64,000 nt of DNA from Pseudorhodoplanes sinuspersici (GTDB taxonomy: Bacteria > Pseudomonadota > Alphaproteobacteria > Rhizobiales > Xanthobacteraceae): assembly GCA_945878025.1 (NCBI GenBank), contig CAMDXM010000001.1, positions 2,109 to 66,108 on the forward strand, in the 5' to 3' direction. Positions 58,407 to 64,000 of the stretch are shown piece after piece; position 1 is the stretch's first letter; each line of letters begins with the position of its first letter. The notes beneath the pieces are model-generated. The model did no database searches. It worked only from the letters and a program-made list of their open reading frames with translations, and was not told the DNA's origin. Position numbers and translations under genes: made by a program.

Positions 58407-58498
58407 GCGGGCGTTTCCCTGACCTTGAATTTCATGCGGCGCTTCGCCGAGACGACAAGCCGTAAATGAGCTGTGGAGTCAACGGACGTACGGCAAGC

Positions 58499-58528
58499 AA
58501 AAAGGGCGGCCACGAGGCCGCCCTTTTT
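58499..58528. terminator. Bidirectional-type intrinsic terminator downstream of pckA
   Basis: AAAAAGGGCGGCC-acga-GGCCGCCCTTTTT. Confidence 0.85.
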
Positions 58529-58630
58529 GTCATTCCGGGACGCGAGTGAAACGAGCGGGGCCGGAATCCATAACCACGATTCCGGAATATGGATTCCGGG
58601 TTCGCGCCTTTCGGCGCGCCCGGAATGACA
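58528..58630. repeat. Palindromic repeat family D, long copy
   Basis: 12-bp IR TGTCATTCCGGG/CCCGGAATGACA with internal CCGGAATCCATA/TATGGATTCCGG stem; ends 2 bp from the pckA stop. Confidence 0.9.
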
Positions 58631-58632
58631 GA

Positions 58633-60252
58633 TCACTCCGCCGCCAAGCGCACTTCCGGCGCCGCGGCGCGCACGTCGGACGAAACGTCCTTCTCGAACT
58701 TGACGAAATTGTCCTGGAACATCTTCACGAGCTTGCGCGCGGTGGCGTCGAACTCGGCTTTGTCCTTCCAGGTCTTCATTGGATAAAGCAGATGCGGCTC
58801 GACGCCGGGCACCGAGGTCGGCACCGAGAAGCCGAAATACGGATCGGTGCGGAACGAAGCGTTCTTCAACGAACCATTGAGCGCAGCGGTCACCAAAGCG
58901 CGCGTCGCCTTGATCGGCATGCGGCGGCCAACGCCGTAGAGCCCGCCGGTCCAGCCGGAATTGACCAGCCAGCAATCGACATTGTGCTCGGTGATATATT
59001 TGCGGAACAGATCGCCGTATTCCGCCGGCGGGCGCGGCAGGAACGGCGCGCCGAAGCAGGTCGAGAATTCAGGCTGCACGCCGACAAGACCCTTCTCGGT
59101 GCCGGCGACCTTCGCGGTGTAGCCGGACAGGAAGTGATACATCGCCTGCGCGGGCGAGAGCTTGGCGATCGGCGGCATCACGCCATAGGCGTCGGCGGTG
59201 AGGAACACGACATTCTTCGGATGGCCGGCGCAGCCGGTGCGCGACGCATTCGGGATGAAATCGAGCGGATAGGCCGAGCGGGTGTTTTCCGTCTTGGCCT
59301 GATCGTCGTAATCGGGAATGCGCGTGTCCGGATCGAACACGACATTTTCCAGGATCGCGCCGAAACGGTTGGTGGCGTCCCAGATTTGCGGCTCGGCGTC
59401 GCGCGACAGCCGGATGGTCTTGGCGTAGCAGCCACCCTCGAAATTGAAGATGCCGTCGGGGCCCCAGCCGGTCTCGTCGTCGCCAATGAGCGTGCGATTG
59501 GGGTCGGCGGAGAGCGTGGTCTTGCCGGTGCCGGACAGACCGAAGAACAGCGCCGAATCTCCGTCCGGGCCGACATTGGCCGAGCAATGCATCGGCATCA
59601 CGCCCTGTGCGGGCAGATAGAAATTGAGCGTGGTAAAAACCGACTTCTTGATCTCGCCCGCGTAGGACGAGCCGCAAATGAGAACAATCTTCCGGCTGAA
59701 ATCGATCGCCACCATGGTGTCGGAGCCATCGCGGCCGCCATGACGCTTCGCATCGGGCCGAAATGACGGCAGATCGACGATGGTCAGTTCGGGGGCGAAG
59801 CTTTCAAGTTCGACATCGTTGGGGCGGATCAGCAGCGTGCGGATGAACAGCGAATGCCAGGCGAGCTCGGTATAGACGCGCGTGCAAATGCGATATTTCG
59901 GATTGGCCCCGCCATAGAGATCCTGCGCGAACAGCGTCTTGCCTTTCATGTGCGCGAGGAAATCCTGATACAGATTTTCGAAATGCTCATGGCTGAGCTT
60001 TCGGTTACCGTCCCACCAGACGGATTTTTCGGTCAGGGCGTCGACGACCGTATGCTTGTCCTTGGGCGAGCGTCCGGTGTGATGGCCGGTTTCCGCGCAG
60101 AGCGCGCCGCCGGCGACGATCTGGGCTTCGCCATTCGCGATGGCGTGCTCGTAGAGCGGCGGCTCGGTCAGGTTCCAGTGAATTTGCTTGAGGTCCTTGA
60201 AGCCGAATGGTTCGGCGCCAAAAGCTTTATTGCGTACGCCCGTCTCTTGCAC
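58633..60252 (-). CDS. pckA: Phosphoenolpyruvate carboxykinase (ATP)
   Basis: [44 protein letters not shown]; GTG start at 60252. Confidence 0.97.
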   Translation of the reverse strand: MQETGVRNKAFGAEPFGFKDLKQIHWNLTEPPLYEHAIANGEAQIVAGGALCAETGHHTGRSPKDKHTVVDALTEKSVWWDGNRKLSHEHFENLYQDFLAHMKGKTLFAQDLYGGANPKYRICTRVYTELAWHSLFIRTLLIRPNDVELESFAPELTIVDLPSFRPDAKRHGGRDGSDTMVAIDFSRKIVLICGSSYAGEIKKSVFTTLNFYLPAQGVMPMHCSANVGPDGDSALFFGLSGTGKTTLSADPNRTLIGDDETGWGPDGIFNFEGGCYAKTIRLSRDAEPQIWDATNRFGAILENVVFDPDTRIPDYDDQAKTENTRSAYPLDFIPNASRTGCAGHPKNVVFLTADAYGVMPPIAKLSPAQAMYHFLSGYTAKVAGTEKGLVGVQPEFSTCFGAPFLPRPPAEYGDLFRKYITEHNVDCWLVNSGWTGGLYGVGRRMPIKATRALVTAALNGSLKNASFRTDPYFGFSVPTSVPGVEPHLLYPMKTWKDKAEFDATARKLVKMFQDNFVKFEKDVSSDVRAAAPEVRLAAE

Positions 60253-60524
60253 GAAAACCTCCCGATACGCGCCGGCTATTGCCGGGCCGGAAATCATTAA
60301 TTGCCGATTGTCGATGAACCGCCCTGAGGAATTATAGCGCCCTGCCCGGGCGCGCGCGACCTCATAGAACCTCATCGGCCGCATGCCAAGTATTTTGAGC
60401 GTGTATGGTTTCAGCCAAAGCTACGTTGCGCTGCATCAAAAATGCGCCCGATCGGGCGTCGTATCATCATACAACGCGCGGCCTTCGGCGGCGGGTTAAT
60501 CTCCACGCCAGGACCGGCGCGACC

Positions 60525-61250
60525 TCAGGACTTTGCGCGCGCTTCATCTGCAAGTTGTTTGAGCACGGCCCTTAACGTGCCGGCCGCGGTGACGCGTTGC
60601 GGAAACGGCAAGCGCAAAGCGAGCCGGCCGTCCTGCAATTCGATCCCCTCCGGATCGAGGCCGGCGCAACGCCAGTCGCCATCGGGCGCGCCGAGCAGCT
60701 TGGTCGCGTAAAGCCGGCAGGCATCGGCGTGATCGTCGTTCATGTGGGCGACCGCGCCTTCCTCCGCCGCGAGCAATTCATCCGCGCCGGAGAGATCGAG
60801 GAGAATATCCTGCGGTTTCAGGTCGACGATGCGCCCGAAGCCTGCGACCAGATGCGCGCCGGTGACGACGATGCGATAAAACGCGAAATCCGGAAAATCG
60901 ACGAACATGTCCGCTTCCGGCTGGCGCGCGAGATAGCGGCGGCGAACATGCGCATCGTCCGTCCGCTCGGCGCGGCCCATCAGCATGACGCGCGCGCCCT
61001 GCAGCGGATCGCCCTCCTTGCGCTCGTCGAGCATGAGCGAGACGCGTACATCGGCGAGAATGTTCTTGGTGTGTATGGCAAGCCGCGAAATCAGCAGCAG
61101 GGGCGAGCCGTCGAAGCCGGTCGCGACATTCACCAGCGAGCAATAGGGATCGCCGGACGGAACCATCAGGGTCGCGAGCGCGCCGCTGCGTCCCTCACGC
61201 AGGAGTTTTTTGGCGGCGGCTTTGGCGTCGAATGCGCTTGAAGCGTCCAT
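60525..61250 (-). CDS. HugZ-like pyridoxamine 5'-phosphate oxidase-fold protein with C-terminal DUF2470-like domain
   Basis: LLISRLA.HTKN...D.RVSL, DF.FY, H.VAGFG, AVAHMN.DH, G.D.EG. Confidence 0.85.
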   Translation of the reverse strand: MDASSAFDAKAAAKKLLREGRSGALATLMVPSGDPYCSLVNVATGFDGSPLLLISRLAIHTKNILADVRVSLMLDERKEGDPLQGARVMLMGRAERTDDAHVRRRYLARQPEADMFVDFPDFAFYRIVVTGAHLVAGFGRIVDLKPQDILLDLSGADELLAAEEGAVAHMNDDHADACRLYATKLLGAPDGDWRCAGLDPEGIELQDGRLALRLPFPQRVTAAGTLRAVLKQLADEARAKS

Positions 61251-61415
61251 CGAAAGCTCGATTTTTGACGTTAACGAATGGGCGAATGCCGTATTCTTTT
61301 CCGGTATGGGGTTGTTATCGCCCCAGAATCACATAGTTGTTGCAGGATAGACACATTTCAGCCCCGCTTTTCGGGCTTCACCAATGCCGGGATTTTACCG
61401 TCACGGATAGGGCTC

Positions 61416-62117
61416 ATGCCGACAATCGCTTTGGTCGACGACGACCGCAACATTCTCACCTCCGTCTCGATCGCGCTCGAAGCCGAGGGCTATCGGATCA
61501 TGACCTATACCGACGGCGCATCCGCGCTCGACGGCTTCAAGTCGTCTCCGCCGGACCTCGCCATCCTCGACATCAAGATGCCCCGCATGGATGGCATGGA
61601 GCTTCTGCGCCGCGTGCGCCAGAAGACCGATATGCCGGTGATCTTCCTCACCTCCAAGGACGAGGAAATCGACGAATTGTTCGGCCTCAAGATGGGCGCC
61701 GACGATTTCATCCGCAAACCCTTCTCGCAGCGCCTGCTGGTCGAGCGCGTGAAAGCCGTGCTGCGGCGCGGCGCACCCAAGGACGCCACTGCGCCGAAGG
61801 AAGTCGATGCCGCGAAGGTGCTGGAGCGCGGGCTTCTGCGCATGGACCCGGAACGGCATACCTGCACATGGAAGGGCGAACCTGTGACCCTGACGGTCAC
61901 CGAGTTCCTGATCCTGCAGGCGCTGGCCACCCGCCCCGGCGTGGTGAAGAGCCGCAACGCGCTGATGGACGCGGCCTATGACGATCAGGTCTATGTCGAC
62001 GACCGCACCATCGACAGCCACATCAAGCGGCTGCGCAAGAAATTCAAGGTCACCGACGACGATTTCGAGATGATCGAAACCCTGTACGGCGTCGGTTACC
62101 GTTTCAAGGAAGGCTGA
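61416..62117 (+). CDS. chvI: OmpR-family response regulator ChvI
   Basis: [41 protein letters not shown]. Confidence 0.96.
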   Translation: MPTIALVDDDRNILTSVSIALEAEGYRIMTYTDGASALDGFKSSPPDLAILDIKMPRMDGMELLRRVRQKTDMPVIFLTSKDEEIDELFGLKMGADDFIRKPFSQRLLVERVKAVLRRGAPKDATAPKEVDAAKVLERGLLRMDPERHTCTWKGEPVTLTVTEFLILQALATRPGVVKSRNALMDAAYDDQVYVDDRTIDSHIKRLRKKFKVTDDDFEMIETLYGVGYRFKEG

Positions 62118-62213
62118 CCGGCCGCCCTATATCGGAACGGCGCATTGCGCTAGAATTGCCGGTCGAGGCTATCAGCGGCGAACGGACGATAAAGCTCAAG
62201 CGGACGCCACCCC

Positions 62214-64000
62214 TTGCTCGACCGGACTCAGGAACTCGCACAACAGGCCGCGGATGCCGACGGCCCCCCCGCGACGCCGCAGCGCGAAGAGCGCCGCAGC
62301 GCGGCTTCGGCCATGCGCGGCTTCTGGCAATTTTTCCTCACGCAAGGGTTTTCGAGCCTTACTCGCCGCATCGTCCTGCTCAACCTCGCCGGCCTGCTCG
62401 CGCTCGTCATCGGCATTCTTTATCTCTCGCAATTCCGCGCCGGCCTGATCGACGCGCGGGTGCGAAGCCTGCAGGTGCAGGCCGACATCATCGCCGGCGC
62501 GATCGCGGCTTCCGCCACGGTCGAGACCGACAGCATCACCATCGATCCCGACAAGCTGCTCGAATTGCAGACCGGCGACACCTACGGACCCGCCGACGAC
62601 GTCCTGTCGGCGCTGGAATTCCCGATCAATCCGGAACGCGTCGCTCCCGTCCTGCGCCGTCTCATCACGCCGACCAATACGCGCGCGCGCATCTATGACC
62701 GCGACGGCGTTCTCGTGCTCGACAGCCGCAATCTCTATGGCCGCGGCGACGTGCTTCGCTTCGAATTGCCGCCGCCGAATGCGGGCAAGCCGGGATTCAT
62801 CGAGCGGCAATGGAATTCCGTGCGCAAATGGCTCGCCAAGGGCGACCTGCCGCTTTACATCGAACTCGGCCCCGACAACGGCAAAGGCTATCCGGAGGTC
62901 GCCCAGGCTTTGGCCGGACAGAAGGCGAGCGTCGTGCGCATCAATCAGCGCGGCGAAGTCATCGTCTCGGTCGCCTCTCCCGTGCAGCGATTCCGCGCGG
63001 TGCGCGGCGTACTGCTGCTCTCGACGCAAGGCGCCGATATCGACCAGATGGTGGAAGCCGAACGCTGGGCGATCCTGAAGGTCTTTCTGGTCGCCGCCGC
63101 GGTGATGATAGTGCTCTCGATGCTGCTCGCGCGCACCATCGCAGGCCCCGTGCGCCGGCTCGCCGACGGCGCCGAACGCGTGCGGCGGCGCATCCGCTCG
63201 CGCGTGGAGATTCCCGATTTTACCAGGCGCGGAGACGAGATCGGCCACTTGTCCGGAACGTTGCGCGACATGACCAACGCGCTCTATAGCCGCATCGAGG
63301 GCATCGAAAGCTTCGCCGCCGACGTCGCGCATGAACTGAAAAATCCGCTGACCTCGCTGCGATCGGCGGTCGAGACCTTGCCGCTTGTGAAATCCAAGGA
63401 CAGCCAGGACCGGCTGCTCGCCGTCATCCAGCACGACGTGCAGCGGCTCGACCGCCTGATCTCGGACATTTCAGACGCCAGCCGCCTCGACGCCGAATTG
63501 CAGCGGCAGGAAGCCGAGCCGGTCGACCTCGTCAAGCTACTCGCCGCGGTCGTGGAATCGACGGGCGGATTGCGCACCGATCACGGCGTCGACGTCACGC
63601 TGTCATTCGAAGGCGGCGCGGCGCAGGCTTTCATGGTGCATGGCCACGATTCGCGCATCGCCCAGGTGATCGACAACCTGGTGGAAAATGCGCGTTCCTT
63701 CTCGTCGCCGGGCGGCATGGTTCGCATCACCGGCCGCCGCCTGAAGAACGAGATCGAAATCGTCGTCGATGACGACGGACCGGGCATCCGCGAGGATGCT
63801 TTCGAGAAGATTTTCGAACGCTTCTATACCGACCGGCCGCATCAGGGCTTCGGCCAGAATTCCGGCCTCGGCCTGTCGATCTCCAAGCAGATCGTCGAAG
63901 CGCATGGCGGCCGCATGTGGGCGGAAAACCGCCGCGGCGTGCCGACGCATGATGGCGCGGCGCCGCTCGTTCTCGGCGCGCGCTTCATCGTGCGCCTGCC
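62214..64000 (+). CDS. chvG: Sensor histidine kinase ChvG/ExoS (3' end runs off the window; absent from ORF track)
   Basis: TTG start MLDRTQ, SSLTRRIV.LNLAGL, HAMP DEIG.LS, FAADVAHELKNPL, G boxes NSGLGLSISKQIVEAHGG, frame open to the window end. Confidence 0.95.
   Translation, partial: MLDRTQELAQQAADADGPPATPQREERRSAASAMRGFWQFFLTQGFSSLTRRIVLLNLAGLLALVIGILYLSQFRAGLIDARVRSLQVQADIIAGAIAASATVETDSITIDPDKLLELQTGDTYGPADDVLSALEFPINPERVAPVLRRLITPTNTRARIYDRDGVLVLDSRNLYGRGDVLRFELPPPNAGKPGFIERQWNSVRKWLAKGDLPLYIELGPDNGKGYPEVAQALAGQKASVVRINQRGEVIVSVASPVQRFRAVRGVLLLSTQGADIDQMVEAERWAILKVFLVAAAVMIVLSMLLARTIAGPVRRLADGAERVRRRIRSRVEIPDFTRRGDEIGHLSGTLRDMTNALYSRIEGIESFAADVAHELKNPLTSLRSAVETLPLVKSKDSQDRLLAVIQHDVQRLDRLISDISDASRLDAELQRQEAEPVDLVKLLAAVVESTGGLRTDHGVDVTLSFEGGAAQAFMVHGHDSRIAQVIDNLVENARSFSSPGGMVRITGRRLKNEIEIVVDDDGPGIREDAFEKIFERFYTDRPHQGFGQNSGLGLSISKQIVEAHGGRMWAENRRGVPTHDGAAPLVLGARFIVRL

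Noticed and set aside
58388-58435. Possible 15-aa upstream ORF (MKFKVRETPACKFWS) overlapping the lhgO TTG start
   Set aside because: No clear SD and no regulatory codon run; needs Ribo-seq or conservation evidence
39181-58630. Dispersed palindromic repeats considered as a CRISPR array or an autonomous IS
   Set aside because: No regular repeat-spacer periodicity, no cas genes, and no transposase ORF anywhere in the window
60260-60520. 260-bp spacer between pckA and hugZ as a possible sRNA or riboswitch
   Set aside because: No convincing helices or riboswitch motifs were seen
1-64000. Numerous long overlapping or antisense ORFs (e.g. 2190-4142, 16113-17423, 24773-26335, 39256-40893, 53385-55073)
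   Set aside because: They shadow well-supported genes, are Arg/Ala/Gly-rich with no motifs, and are expected from high-GC codon bias

Overview
GC-rich core-chromosome segment of an alphaproteobacterium. Gene order (cycM-kdsB-pheA, pckA-hugZ-chvI-chvG, ffs-dnaX-ybaB, Caulobacter-type cpa/tad locus) points to Hyphomicrobiales, probably Bradyrhizobiaceae/Xanthobacteraceae-like; that taxonomy is inference. Contents: a Mo/W-cofactor cluster (tusA, three moeA paralogues, mobB, mobA, fdhD), SRP RNA, dnaX, HIT/nudC/pfkB/Lrp, a complete Tad/Flp pilus locus with two pilins (the second missing from the ORF track), pepB-NlpC/P60, a yejAABEF ABC transporter, pgm/ugd/GT87, hrpB, polA, pyrE, two ion-transporter-superfamily genes, lhgO-like, pckA, chvI and a 3'-truncated chvG. 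I saw no transposase, integrase, phage gene, CRISPR array, rRNA or tRNA. The main unexplained signals are non-coding. (1) A roughly 340-400 nt densely structured element at 43985-44380 with its own sigma70-like promoter and GNRA loops on the minus strand (candidate large ncRNA or leader). (2) At least six families of small palindromic repeats, nested in each other's loops. (3) One such repeat inserted in-frame in polA. There is also a purine nucleoside phosphorylase homologue whose phosphate-binding residues are substituted. All calls come from reading motifs by eye; no database search was run.
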